Source: Bacteroidales bacterium (GTDB lineage: Bacteria; Bacteroidota; Bacteroidia; Bacteroidales; UBA932). From it: DNA of 64,000 nt. Shown piece after piece: positions 1 through 9,524 of the stretch. How positions within the stretch are numbered: the first letter of the stretch is position 1; each line of letters starts with the position of its first letter. The notes below the pieces were generated by a model that was not told the origin of the DNA, ran no database searches, and saw only the letters and a list, made by a program, of their open reading frames with translations. The position numbers and the translations under genes are program-made. The stretch lies in assembly GCA_024398125.1 (NCBI GenBank), contig JAKSJO010000003.1, positions 43,708-107,707 on the forward strand. The letters run 5' to 3'.

Positions 1-165
1 CAGGAGACTGCCGTTTATGAGCAATACTTTCATTTTTCTTTCTTTTCCAGGTTCTTTTGCGTCACATGAGACCAGGGATCCCAGTCCAGTTGCAGCTACC
101 GCAGTTGCCGCCACAGCCGTCCCCATGGTACGAAGAGCTTCCCTCCTTGATATAGACTTGTCCAA
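1..165 (-). CDS. 5' part of a Tat-signal lipoprotein, probably flavodoxin/NAD(P)H-FMN reductase-like (runs off left edge)
   Basis: Not in the ORF track. Manual translation from TTG at 165: MDKSISRREALRTMGTAVAATAVAATGLGSLVSC-DAKEPGKERK-MKVLLINGS.., i.e. a twin-Arg motif, a lipobox, and an MKVLLINGS start typical of flavodoxin-fold reductases. Confidence 0.7.
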   Translation of the reverse strand, partial: MDKSISRREALRTMGTAVAATAVAATGLGSLVSCDAKEPGKERKMKVLLINGSLL

Positions 166-269
166 AATGTTGATTGTTAAATGTTCGTGGGCCAAATATA
201 TGAATTCATTTTGTGTATTCCACGAGAATTCCTATATTTCGGAATTAACCTAATAAACAAGAAACGAAA

Positions 270-818
270 ATGACACTTATCATCGTACTGGCTATTGCCG
301 CTGTACTCGTTCTCTGGTTCATCAGAGTCCAGAACAATCTCGTAAGCAAGGATGAGCTTTGCAAGAATGCACTAAGCCAGATCGGCGTACAGCAGAGCAG
401 CCGTTGGGATGCACTCACAGCTCTTGCAGAACTTGTAAAGTCATATAACGAGCATGAGTACAATTCACTCAAGGACATCATCGCAATGCGTAAGGGTATC
501 AGTGGTACCTCTAACGTAGAAGATGCAAACGCCCAGGAAGAGCTCATGGCTCAGGCAACCAAGATGATCAACGTGGTTGTAGAGCGTTATCCAGACCTCA
601 AGGCCAATGAGAACTACGCAAAGGCAATGGATGCAGTCAACACCTACGAGAATCAGGTTCGTATGAGCCGTATGGTATTCAATGATACAGTTACCAAGTA
701 CAACAAGCTCACCCGCCAGATTCCAGATTCAATCATTGCCTCTATCCTCGGATTCCAGGCTCGCGAGTATCTCAAGGAAGTTGAGTCAAAGGCTGACATG
801 CCTTCAATGAAAATATAG
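270..818 (+). CDS. lemA: LemA family protein
   Basis: N-terminal TM helix, NNLV..NALSQI.VQ motif, YPDLKANENY..ENQV..SR..FNDTV..YN, typical size. Confidence 0.92.
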   Translation: MTLIIVLAIAAVLVLWFIRVQNNLVSKDELCKNALSQIGVQQSSRWDALTALAELVKSYNEHEYNSLKDIIAMRKGISGTSNVEDANAQEELMAQATKMINVVVERYPDLKANENYAKAMDAVNTYENQVRMSRMVFNDTVTKYNKLTRQIPDSIIASILGFQAREYLKEVESKADMPSMKI

Positions 819-822
819 TCTG

Positions 823-2457
823 ATGCTTCTTAGAAGATTGACAATTCTGCTGGCAACGCTTATGGCGTTGCCGGTTTTTGCTGATTCACCTGCCATCAAC
901 GACATTGCCATCGATGTCGTTCTTCACCGCGACGGATCCGCTGATATTACCGAGGTCTGGGATGTCAACGTCACATCAGGAACAGAATGGTATCTGACCA
1001 GAAACAATCTTGGTGACATAGACATACTCAGCCTTGCTGTAAGCGATGAGAGTGGACGGCGCTATATCGTCGAAGACCGTTGGGATGTCAATCGTACCAT
1101 ATCCCAGAAAGAGGGACGCTGTGGACTGAACAGCACCTCGTACGGATGTGAGATTTGTTGGGGTGTCGGCAGCTTCGGCCATCATGTATTCACGGTGGAC
1201 TACACCATGACCAACGTCGTGAAGTCCCTTGAAGACTATGACATGCTGCATATGCAGTTCATCAGCCCCGGGCTGTCCAGTGAGCCCAAGAAAGCCAGCG
1301 TATCCATTCATATGGCTGAAGAGAAGTTCAGCGAGAGCAATGCCCGCATCTGGGGCTTCGGCTACTATGGCGACATCAACTTCCAGGAGAACGGTTCCGT
1401 ATTCGCCCAGACTGCCAAACCAATTCCCCATAATGGATCAGTCATTGTCCTGATGCGATTTGACAAGGGCATTTTCTCGTCCACAAGCATCCAGGAGCGC
1501 AGCTTCGACGATGTTCTCGAACGCGCCATGGTCGGTTCGGACTTCAATGAACAGAACCAGGAAGATGACACCGCTGGCATCATCATAGGCATACTGCTGA
1601 CCATTTTAGCCCTCTTCAGCCCTATCGTTGCAGCAAAAGCTCAGCGTCGTTCCGTAATCGGCAAGATGAAGACCATAGAATGGTTCCGTGATATTCCTAT
1701 GGACGGTGACCTGGTAACTTCAGACTATGTTCTCAAAAAGGCACTTCTTTCAAAGAATACGAACTCTCTTGCATCTGCGCTCATCCTCAGGATGATCTAC
1801 AAAGGGAACCTGAACGTCAGCAAGAATGCGGATGGAAAGGTCGAGATTTCCTTCAATGACTCCAAGTCCGATCAGCTTGCAGGAGCCGAGGCAAAGCTTT
1901 ACCGTATGATGAAAGATGCAAGCGGAATGGATCAGATTCTTCAGGACAAGGAATTTTCGAACTGGTCCAGAAGGAATACATCACGCGTGAGCGCATGGGC
2001 GAGCTCGATTTCGACTGAAGGTTTGTCAAAACTCATGACCAAGGGTTATGCCCACGGAAGCCGTTTCAGTGAGAAAGGAAAGCAGAAGGCGCGCGAGCTC
2101 GTAGGATTCAAGAAATTCCTCGAAGAATTCACACTTGTTTCTGAACGAGATACCTCAGAGGTCGTTCTGTGGCAGGATTATCTTGTATTTGCATCGCTCT
2201 TCGGAATCGCGGACAAGGTTGCAAAGCAGCTCAAGGACATCAATCCACAGGCTTTCGAGCAGCAGATGGTATACGACTATGACACCATGCGTACTATCCT
2301 CTATCAGACACGCAGTCTGTCAAACTCGATAACGAACGCCCAGCAGCGTGAAGCCGCATCAAAGGCTCAACAGGCAAGCAAGGGCTTCGGCGGCGGCGCT
2401 TCATTTGGCGGTGGCGGAGGTTTCAGTGGCGGCGGCTTCGGTGGCGGCAGCAGATAA
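823..2457 (+). CDS. DUF2207 family membrane protein
   Basis: Signal peptide, DGSA.ITE N-domain, TM helix, GFKKFL..W..YLVFA..FG motif, Gly-rich GGGFSGGG tail; directly after lemA. Confidence 0.85.
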   Translation: MLLRRLTILLATLMALPVFADSPAINDIAIDVVLHRDGSADITEVWDVNVTSGTEWYLTRNNLGDIDILSLAVSDESGRRYIVEDRWDVNRTISQKEGRCGLNSTSYGCEICWGVGSFGHHVFTVDYTMTNVVKSLEDYDMLHMQFISPGLSSEPKKASVSIHMAEEKFSESNARIWGFGYYGDINFQENGSVFAQTAKPIPHNGSVIVLMRFDKGIFSSTSIQERSFDDVLERAMVGSDFNEQNQEDDTAGIIIGILLTILALFSPIVAAKAQRRSVIGKMKTIEWFRDIPMDGDLVTSDYVLKKALLSKNTNSLASALILRMIYKGNLNVSKNADGKVEISFNDSKSDQLAGAEAKLYRMMKDASGMDQILQDKEFSNWSRRNTSRVSAWASSISTEGLSKLMTKGYAHGSRFSEKGKQKARELVGFKKFLEEFTLVSERDTSEVVLWQDYLVFASLFGIADKVAKQLKDINPQAFEQQMVYDYDTMRTILYQTRSLSNSITNAQQREAASKAQQASKGFGGGASFGGGGGFSGGGFGGGSR

Positions 2458-2468
2458 TCTGATTAACC

Positions 2469-3053
2469 ATGCTCGAAGTATTCAAAGGACGTCCATCCTG
2501 TAACGGACAGCGTCTTGATCGCGAAATCAGGGTCTATGATCTTCTGGATTCCCTTGGAGTCCTGTATGAACGTGTCGACCATGAGCCAGCCATGACCATG
2601 GATGTATGCGCCCAGATAGACGAGGCTTTCGGCCGTGTCCGTGGAGCTGAAGCGGCATCGCTCGAAGATCGCGAAGCGCATCCAGTCATCTGTAAGAATC
2701 TGTTCCTGTGCAATCGCCAGAAGACAAGGTACTACCTTCTCATGATGCCGGGGGACAAGAAGTTCCTGACAAAGGATCTTTCTGCACAGATCAACTCTGC
2801 AAGGCTCTCGTTCGCAGGAGACGACGACATGCTCGCACTTCTTGATGTGACCCCAGGATCCGTTTCGGTCATGGGTCTCATGAACGACAGCGAGAACAGG
2901 GTTCAGCTGCTGATCGACAGCGACGTTCTCAAAAGCGACTACGTCGGCTGCCATCCATGCATGAATACATCCAGCCTCCGGCTCAAGGTATCGGACCTTA
3001 TCGACAGGATACTTCCTGCAATCCATCACGATCCGATCACCGTTGTGCTTTGA
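2469..3053 (+). CDS. ProX/PrdX-type aminoacyl-tRNA editing protein (YbaK superfamily)
   Basis: CKNLFL, RLSFA, GSVSVMGL, HPCMNTSS motifs. Confidence 0.9.
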   Translation: MLEVFKGRPSCNGQRLDREIRVYDLLDSLGVLYERVDHEPAMTMDVCAQIDEAFGRVRGAEAASLEDREAHPVICKNLFLCNRQKTRYYLLMMPGDKKFLTKDLSAQINSARLSFAGDDDMLALLDVTPGSVSVMGLMNDSENRVQLLIDSDVLKSDYVGCHPCMNTSSLRLKVSDLIDRILPAIHHDPITVVL

Positions 3054-3077
3054 CAAGGCAGATCACATACAAAAATA

Positions 3078-3111
3078 AAAAGAGGATGACCCGCATGAGT
3101 CATCCTCTTTT
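3078..3111. terminator. Bidirectional intrinsic terminator between convergent ProX gene and asd
   Basis: 13-bp inverted repeat AAAAGAGGATGAC / GTCATCCTCTTTT with A and T tracts on both sides. Confidence 0.85.
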
Positions 3112-3143
3112 ATATTTCGGGGAAAAGACCCCATAGCGCAAAA

Positions 3144-4163
3144 TTACTTCTTCAAAGGAAGCTCGCCCTGCTCGATGAGGTATTCAGCGATCTGGACGGC
3201 ATTGAGTGCTGCTCCCTTCTTGATCTGGTCGCTGACGAGCCAGAAGGTGATGCCGTTAGGGTTTGCAAGATCCTTGCGGACACGGCCTACGAATACATCG
3301 TCACAGTTCTCGTGGAACAGAGGCATCGGGTATGACTTCTCAGCAGGATTATCCTCAAGCTGAAGACCCTTGCCGTTGCGGATTGCCTCCTGGAACTGCT
3401 CGACGCTAACAGGCTCCTCTGTCTCTGCCCATACAGATTCACTGTGGCAGCGAAGTGAAGGAACGCGTACACACATTGCACTTACAGCGCAGTCTGTATG
3501 CATGATCTTCTTTGTCTCGTTGTACATCTTCATCTCCTCCTTGGTGTATCCATTATCTGTGAATACATCGATCTGAGGGATAACATTGAATGCGAGCTGG
3601 TATGCAAACTTCTCTACTGTAGGCTTCTCGCCTGCAAGCACCTGGCGGTACTGCTCGTAAAGCTCTGCCATTGCAGCCGCTCCAGCACCGCTGGCAGCCT
3701 GATAACTGCTGACATGTACTCTCTTGATATGGCTGATGTTCTCGAGTGCCTGGAGAGCGACAACCATCATGATGGTAGTACAGTTAGGGTTCGCGATGAT
3801 ATTGCGAGGACGGCAAAGGGCATCCGCAGCATTGCACTCTGGAACGACAAGAGGAACGTCCTCGTCCATTCTGAACGCACTTGAATTGTCGATCATGATC
3901 GCGCCATGCTTAGTGATGGTCTCGGCAAACTCCTTGCTTGTACCACCGCCTGCGCTTGTGAAAGCGACATCTACACCCTTGAAATCATCATTATGCTGAA
4001 GAAGCTTGACTTCGATTTCCTTACCGCGGAATGTATATTTTCTGCCGGCACTGCGCTGGCTTCCGAAAAGAATCAACTCATCAATTGGGAAATTTCTTTC
4101 GTCAAGAACTCGGAGGAATTCCTGTCCGACGGCGCCGCTTGCGCCTACGATTGCTACTTTCAT
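3144..4163 (-). CDS. asd: Aspartate-semialdehyde dehydrogenase
   Basis: [16 protein letters not shown], catalytic [22 protein letters not shown]. Confidence 0.97.
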   Translation of the reverse strand: MKVAIVGASGAVGQEFLRVLDERNFPIDELILFGSQRSAGRKYTFRGKEIEVKLLQHNDDFKGVDVAFTSAGGGTSKEFAETITKHGAIMIDNSSAFRMDEDVPLVVPECNAADALCRPRNIIANPNCTTIMMVVALQALENISHIKRVHVSSYQAASGAGAAAMAELYEQYRQVLAGEKPTVEKFAYQLAFNVIPQIDVFTDNGYTKEEMKMYNETKKIMHTDCAVSAMCVRVPSLRCHSESVWAETEEPVSVEQFQEAIRNGKGLQLEDNPAEKSYPMPLFHENCDDVFVGRVRKDLANPNGITFWLVSDQIKKGAALNAVQIAEYLIEQGELPLKK

Positions 4164-4195
4164 TTTCTTCTACTAGGATTAATACTACTAATTAA

Positions 4196-6661
4196 CTAAA
4201 ACATGAGGATGTCATTGAGCACACCCGACGCTGTCTGGCGACCGCCTGCTCCAGCACCCTGGATAACCAATGGGTGGCCTTCCGGATAGAAGTCCGAAGT
4301 TATCAGGCAGGCATTGTCGCTGCCCTTGAGGTTATAGAGAGGATTGTCTGGAGATACGTGCTCAAGACCGGTCTTTGCTGCATAGCTGCCGTCCTCGCGA
4401 CGCTTGAGACTTGCCACGAAACGGAGAACACAGCCATTTGCGCTGGCCTTGTCTGCGAGATCCTTGAAGTATGCCTCATTATCGGCAAGAGCCTGGTAGA
4501 AGTCAGCCACGCTGCCCTTGAAGAACTCATCGCTGAGAAGGTTGTTTATCTTCACATCGCATTCGTCAAGCTTGATACCTGCCTCGCGGGAGATGATGAG
4601 GAGTTTGCGGAGCACATCCTTTCCGCTGAGGTCCAGGCGTGGATCAGGCTCGGTATATCCTGCGTCCTGTGCAGCCTTCACAACCTCCGCGAAGGTGACG
4701 CCGTCTGCGCCGTTGTATGTGCTGAAAATATAGTTCAGTGTTCCAGAGAGCACTGCAGACACGCTGTGGATGCTGTCTCCACTGTAAACGCAGCGGTCAA
4801 CCGACTCGATGACAGGGAGGGCTGCGCCTACGGTTGTCTCGTAATGAATGCCCTGGCCGCACTCATGAGCTGTCTGCTTGAGCTTTGCATAGCGGGCATA
4901 GTCTGAACCGAAGGCGATCTTGTTGCAGGCTACGATGCCGTATCCCTGACGGATGAGGGTTGTATAGCGGTATGATACCTCGGCGCTGGCGGTACAGTCC
5001 ACGAAGACTGAATTCTCGTAATGGAGGGTTGCAAGCTGGGTGAAGAACTCTTCCTGGGATGCATCCTGTCCATTCTTCAGGAGTTCGCCCACGTTCTCAA
5101 GGTCGATTCCGTAGCGGTTGCATACGAAGCGGCGGCTGTTGGAAATGGCGACCACATTGATGAGCTTGCCCGTACGGTAGAGGATTTCATCCTTGTTCTC
5201 GCGGATAAGCTTGATGAGGGCGCTTCCGACGGTACCGTAACCGGCTATGAAGAGGTTGAGCGTACGGTATGGAAGTCTGTCGAAGAACTCGTTGTGCATG
5301 TGGCGGATAGCGGTGTTCGCATCCTCCGAACGCACGATTACCGAAATGTTTCTCTCCGACGAGCCCTGGGCTGTTGCACGTACAGGGATTCCGTTGCGGC
5401 CAAGGGCGGCAAGGACAAGTCCGGTAGAACCGCTCTGGTTCAGGATATCGTCACCAACAAGACAAAGGATCGAGTATCCGGTCTCGATGCGGAGAGGATT
5501 GAGCTTTCCCAGGGAGATCTCGTATGCGAAACAGTTGTCAGCGGCTTCCTTTGCCTTCTGGGCGTCACTGTCGGCAACTGCGATGCACATGGTATGTACC
5601 GAAGAAGCCTGGGTGATGAGTATGATGTTGATGCCGCTGCGGCTGAGGGCGTCAAAGAGTCTTGATGAGAATCCAGGTACTCCGACCATGCCGCTGCCCT
5701 CGAGCGAGAGGAGTGCAATCTTGTCAGAGTTGGAAATGCCGATGAGCTTGCCGTTTCCACGTGGTGGATTCTTCTCTATCATGGTACCCTCCTCCTCAGG
5801 GTTGAAGGTATCCTTCACATAGATAGGAATGCCCTGTGCAACGACCGGCTGGATGGTTGGAGGATATATAACCTTCGCGCCGAAATGAGAGAGCTCGAGT
5901 GCAGCGCGGTATGAGATATGTCTGATAGGACGGGCAGTCGGAACAATGCGCGGATCGGCGGTCATCATTCCCGGCACGTCTGTCCAGATCTCGAGAGAGC
6001 GGGCATTGCAGCCTACGGCATAGATCGAAGCGGAATAGTCCGAACCGCCGCGGCCGAGTGTGGTCATGCGGCCTGACTCGTCTGAAGCGATGAAGCCCGG
6101 CGCAACGATGACATTGGCTGAAGGACATGACTCGACATGAGCGAGAATATTCGCGTAGCTGGTCTCGTAATCCACTACATTCTTCTCACCTGTGTTGACG
6201 GTACGGATAAGCTTGCGGGAATCAGTCCAGAGAACTGAGAGACCGAGGGAAGCAAGCTTTGCAGCAAGGATACGGGTAGAGAACAGCTCTCCGAGGCCCT
6301 GGATAGCATCGAGGCTGGACTGACTGAGCTCGCCGAGCAGGCATACGCCCGTGGCGATTCCGCGGAGTGTGTCAAACTCTGCATCACATACCTTGAGGGC
6401 CTTTTCACGGCGCTCTGCAGGCACAAGGTTGAGGATGATCTCGTTATGTCTTTCCTGGAGGTCGGCAATGAGCTGCTTGTATGACTCATCCTTTTCGGCA
6501 GCGAGCTTACCGATCTTGATGAGGGTATCTGTGCATTTGCTGATTGCGGATGCGACCACTATGGTCCTGTCGTTCTCCGCGGCCTTTACGACGATGTCGC
6601 AGACCTTGGACATGTTCTCGGCATTGGCAACCGAGGTTCCGCCAAACTTTAAAACCTGCAT
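4196..6661 (-). CDS. thrA: Bifunctional aspartokinase/homoserine dehydrogenase
   Basis: KFGGTS, TTLGRGGSDYSA, ACT domains, GYGTVG, GYTEPDPRLDLSG. Confidence 0.96.
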   Translation of the reverse strand: MQVLKFGGTSVANAENMSKVCDIVVKAAENDRTIVVASAISKCTDTLIKIGKLAAEKDESYKQLIADLQERHNEIILNLVPAERREKALKVCDAEFDTLRGIATGVCLLGELSQSSLDAIQGLGELFSTRILAAKLASLGLSVLWTDSRKLIRTVNTGEKNVVDYETSYANILAHVESCPSANVIVAPGFIASDESGRMTTLGRGGSDYSASIYAVGCNARSLEIWTDVPGMMTADPRIVPTARPIRHISYRAALELSHFGAKVIYPPTIQPVVAQGIPIYVKDTFNPEEEGTMIEKNPPRGNGKLIGISNSDKIALLSLEGSGMVGVPGFSSRLFDALSRSGINIILITQASSVHTMCIAVADSDAQKAKEAADNCFAYEISLGKLNPLRIETGYSILCLVGDDILNQSGSTGLVLAALGRNGIPVRATAQGSSERNISVIVRSEDANTAIRHMHNEFFDRLPYRTLNLFIAGYGTVGSALIKLIRENKDEILYRTGKLINVVAISNSRRFVCNRYGIDLENVGELLKNGQDASQEEFFTQLATLHYENSVFVDCTASAEVSYRYTTLIRQGYGIVACNKIAFGSDYARYAKLKQTAHECGQGIHYETTVGAALPVIESVDRCVYSGDSIHSVSAVLSGTLNYIFSTYNGADGVTFAEVVKAAQDAGYTEPDPRLDLSGKDVLRKLLIISREAGIKLDECDVKINNLLSDEFFKGSVADFYQALADNEAYFKDLADKASANGCVLRFVASLKRREDGSYAAKTGLEHVSPDNPLYNLKGSDNACLITSDFYPEGHPLVIQGAGAGGRQTASGVLNDILMF

Positions 6662-7668
6662 AGGATATCTTTCAATATATTTGTTATCTGTTCGTATTCG
6701 AGAAGGAAGCCGTCGTGGCCGAAATCGGAGCTGATCACATGGAAGTCAGCACCTGGAATCATGCTTGCCGCAGCTGCCATTTCCTCGACAGGGAAAAGCC
6801 TGTCGGTGTCGATGGCGATAACAGTCGGCTTGACGGTAATGCGTGCGAGAGCCTTTTCCAGTCCTCCCCTGCCGCGGCCGAGATTCTGACTGTCCACGGA
6901 GCGGCTGAGGTACCAGTATGAATATGCGTCGAAGCGGTCAGCAAGCTTCTTGCCCTGGTAGCGCTGGTATGAGCCGGCACGGTCAGCGAACATAGTATCG
7001 TCAGACTGTTCGAACTGGGTCGCATTGTAGCCTTCATAGCTGCGGTAGCTGATAAGGGCGATGGAACGGGCACATCTTAGACCGGCCTTGCCGCCATCCA
7101 GTCCCTCGCATGCGCGGAAGGTCGGATCGGCTTCGAGTGCCATTCTCTGGGACTCGTTGTATGCGGTGACCCATGCTGTGGCACGAGGGCTGCACGCGAT
7201 AAAGGCAGCATTGGCGATTGCCTCGGGTTCCATCACCGCCCATTCCATTGCCTGGAAGCCACCGATCGAACTGCCGAGAAGGAAGTCGATCTTCTCTATT
7301 CCAAGATGCTTGCGGAGCAAGATCATCGATGATACGATGTCACGTACAGTGACGGCTGGGAAACGGAAGAAGTACGGCTTGCCGTCCTCATGGATGTTGG
7401 CCGGACCGCTTGATCCGTATGGAGAGCCGATCATGTTCGAGCATACTACAAAGTATTTCTCGGTGTCGATGAGTTTTCCGGGACCTACAAGCTGAGGCCA
7501 CCACTCTTCCGGATTTGAATTGGCTGTTAGAGCGTGGCAGACCCATACGACTTTGTCCCCCGGGCGGTACTCACGCTCAGATGTATGATAGGCAATCTTC
7601 AGTCCGCGGAACAGGGTTCCGTCTTCGAACTGAAAGGCTTTCTCGTATATATATTCGCTGTATTTCAT
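6649..7668 (-). CDS. metX: Homoserine O-acetyl(acyl)transferase, alpha/beta hydrolase fold
   Basis: CHALTANS, GSSIGG nucleophile elbow, GHDGFL. Start moved to MKYSEY (7668) because a -7-like box lies at 7686-7693. Confidence 0.92.
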   Translation of the reverse strand: MKYSEYIYEKAFQFEDGTLFRGLKIAYHTSEREYRPGDKVVWVCHALTANSNPEEWWPQLVGPGKLIDTEKYFVVCSNMIGSPYGSSGPANIHEDGKPYFFRFPAVTVRDIVSSMILLRKHLGIEKIDFLLGSSIGGFQAMEWAVMEPEAIANAAFIACSPRATAWVTAYNESQRMALEADPTFRACEGLDGGKAGLRCARSIALISYRSYEGYNATQFEQSDDTMFADRAGSYQRYQGKKLADRFDAYSYWYLSRSVDSQNLGRGRGGLEKALARITVKPTVIAIDTDRLFPVEEMAAAASMIPGADFHVISSDFGHDGFLLEYEQITNILKDILCRF

Positions 7669-7731
7669 GGTAATTGATTGGACTGCAAAGATGGCACGAT
7701 TGACATTATTAAACAAATATATGGAGCAATT

Positions 7732-7752
7732 CGGGAAATTATTCTAAATTTG
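7732..7752. promoter_or_regulatory. Lrp-like box overlapping the -7 promoter box of the Lrp/AsnC gene
   Basis: CGGGAAATTATTCTA (7732-7746) matches 13/15 of the E. coli Lrp consensus YAGHAWATTWTDCTR and overlaps TAAATTTG (7745-7752). Confidence 0.45.
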
Positions 7753-7806
7753 CGACAAAACACGCATTTTCTAAAATAGAATTCTTTGTAAAACGATTTT
7801 TAAAGA

Positions 7807-8289
7807 ATGAATTTCGAAGAAAACCTTGACAGTGCAGATATTTTGATTCTACGGGCACTGCAGCGGAACGCCAAGCTTACGATAAAGGAACTGGCGTCCG
7901 AAGCCAACCTGTCCCCCTCCCCTACCTTCGAGCGCGTAAAGCGCCTTGAGAGGGAAGGTTACATACGCCGATACGTTGCTGTCGTCAACGCCGAAAAGGT
8001 CGGCAACGGCATCATCGTACTATGCAACGTGAGTCTCAAGAAGCACAGCAAGGAGCATATGCGTGAATTCATGGACGAAGTCATGAAGGTAGAGGAAGTC
8101 GTGGAGTGCTACAACACATCCGGCGACTATGATTATCTCATGAAGCTCTACGTACGTGACATGCAGCATTACCGCAGCATAGTGATGGACAGCCTTGGTG
8201 TCCTTGACTGCGTCGGATCCCTCCACAGTATATTCGTCATCGGTGAAGTCAAGAAAAGTGACAGCGTGCCAATATGGGGAAAAGAGTAG
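7807..8289 (+). CDS. Lrp/AsnC family transcriptional regulator
   Basis: LD..D..IL..LQ.NAKL, LS.SPTFERVKRLEREGYI HTH, SGDYDYL; divergent from metX. Confidence 0.95.
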   Translation: MNFEENLDSADILILRALQRNAKLTIKELASEANLSPSPTFERVKRLEREGYIRRYVAVVNAEKVGNGIIVLCNVSLKKHSKEHMREFMDEVMKVEEVVECYNTSGDYDYLMKLYVRDMQHYRSIVMDSLGVLDCVGSLHSIFVIGEVKKSDSVPIWGKE

Positions 8290-9524
8290 CAATCATCGGA
8301 GCCGGAGCAGCGGGCTGCTTCTGCGCCGCAAACCTGGGCCGCAAGGCTCCTGAACTTGAAATCCATGTCTTCGAAGCCGGTCCGAAAGCTCTAGCCAAGG
8401 TTGCAATCACTGGAGGTGGTCGATGCAACCTGACCAACTCGTTCGCGGCGGTCCGCAGCCTAGGCAAGGTATACCCTCGCGGAGAAAGACTCATGGCCCG
8501 TGCCCTCAAGACCTGGAGCCAGAACGACACCTGGAACTGGTTCGAAAACGAGGGCGTGCCGCTCGTTCTGCAGGATGATCAGTGTGTTTTCCCACAGTCC
8601 CAGGACGCGATGGACATAGTCGAGGCCCTTGTCCGCTGCATGCGTCAGGCCGGTGTCAACCTGAACTACGGTGCCCGAGTCGAGTCGATAGAGACACAGC
8701 CCGAAGGAGGATACAGCATATCATTCACGAAATCGCCGTCAGGCGTACAGCGGAGCCCTTTCACTGCCGACTATGTGGTTGTGACCACAGGCGGCAGCCC
8801 CCGAAGCGAAGGTTTGTCCTTCCTCTCCCCTCTCGGGCTGGAAATGGTCGAGCCCGTGCCGTCACTGTTCACATTCAATGTGCCGGACAAAGCACTTCGC
8901 GCCCTGATGGGCACAGTGGTTGAGAATGCCGCGGTAAGTCTCTGCGGCACAAAGCTCAGCGGAGAAGGTCCCCTTCTCATCACACACTGGGGATTAAGCG
9001 GCCCAGCCGCCCTAAAGCTGTCTTCATACGGAGCTAGGATTCTGGCCGAATGCAGCTACAGGGCCGACATCAGCGTCAATTGGCTACCCGGCATGAACGA
9101 GCAGGAACTGCGCGAAATGCTTTCCAGACTGCTTGAAGGTTCTCCGCAGAAGATGCTTTCCGGTGTCCATCCCGCCGAGCTGCCATCAAGACTATGGGAG
9201 TATCTCCTTGAGAGAAGCGGACTCCGTGGTGACATCCGCTGCGCGGAAGTCGGCAAGAAGGGCCTCAACAAACTTGTCGAGACCCTTATGAACAGCGGAT
9301 TCAGGATGGACGGCAAGAGTCGGTTCCGCGAAGAGTTCGTGACCTGCGGAGGCGTAGCCCTGTCCGAAATTGCAATGAATACCATGGAAAGCAAGAAGCA
9401 CCCCGGCCTTTACTTTGCAGGCGAGGTGCTTGATGTCGATGCCATCACCGGCGGATTCAATCTCCAGGCCGCCTGGTCGATGGGCTATATTGCAGCAGAG
9501 TCTATCTTATCTGCGCTTCTTTGA
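8274..9524 (+). CDS. HI0933-like NAD(P)/FAD-dependent oxidoreductase
   Basis: GAGAAG, ITGGGRCNLTN, VTCGGV, GEVLDVDAITGGFNLQAAW. Confidence 0.93.
   Translation: MGKRVAIIGAGAAGCFCAANLGRKAPELEIHVFEAGPKALAKVAITGGGRCNLTNSFAAVRSLGKVYPRGERLMARALKTWSQNDTWNWFENEGVPLVLQDDQCVFPQSQDAMDIVEALVRCMRQAGVNLNYGARVESIETQPEGGYSISFTKSPSGVQRSPFTADYVVVTTGGSPRSEGLSFLSPLGLEMVEPVPSLFTFNVPDKALRALMGTVVENAAVSLCGTKLSGEGPLLITHWGLSGPAALKLSSYGARILAECSYRADISVNWLPGMNEQELREMLSRLLEGSPQKMLSGVHPAELPSRLWEYLLERSGLRGDIRCAEVGKKGLNKLVETLMNSGFRMDGKSRFREEFVTCGGVALSEIAMNTMESKKHPGLYFAGEVLDVDAITGGFNLQAAWSMGYIAAESILSALL

Noticed and set aside
17-253. 78-aa plus-strand ORF from the track
   Set aside because: It is the shadow of the minus-strand Tat-lipoprotein gene and runs through the promoter region.
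2380-2457. GGC-rich low-complexity repeat
   Set aside because: It simply encodes the Gly-rich tail typical of DUF2207.
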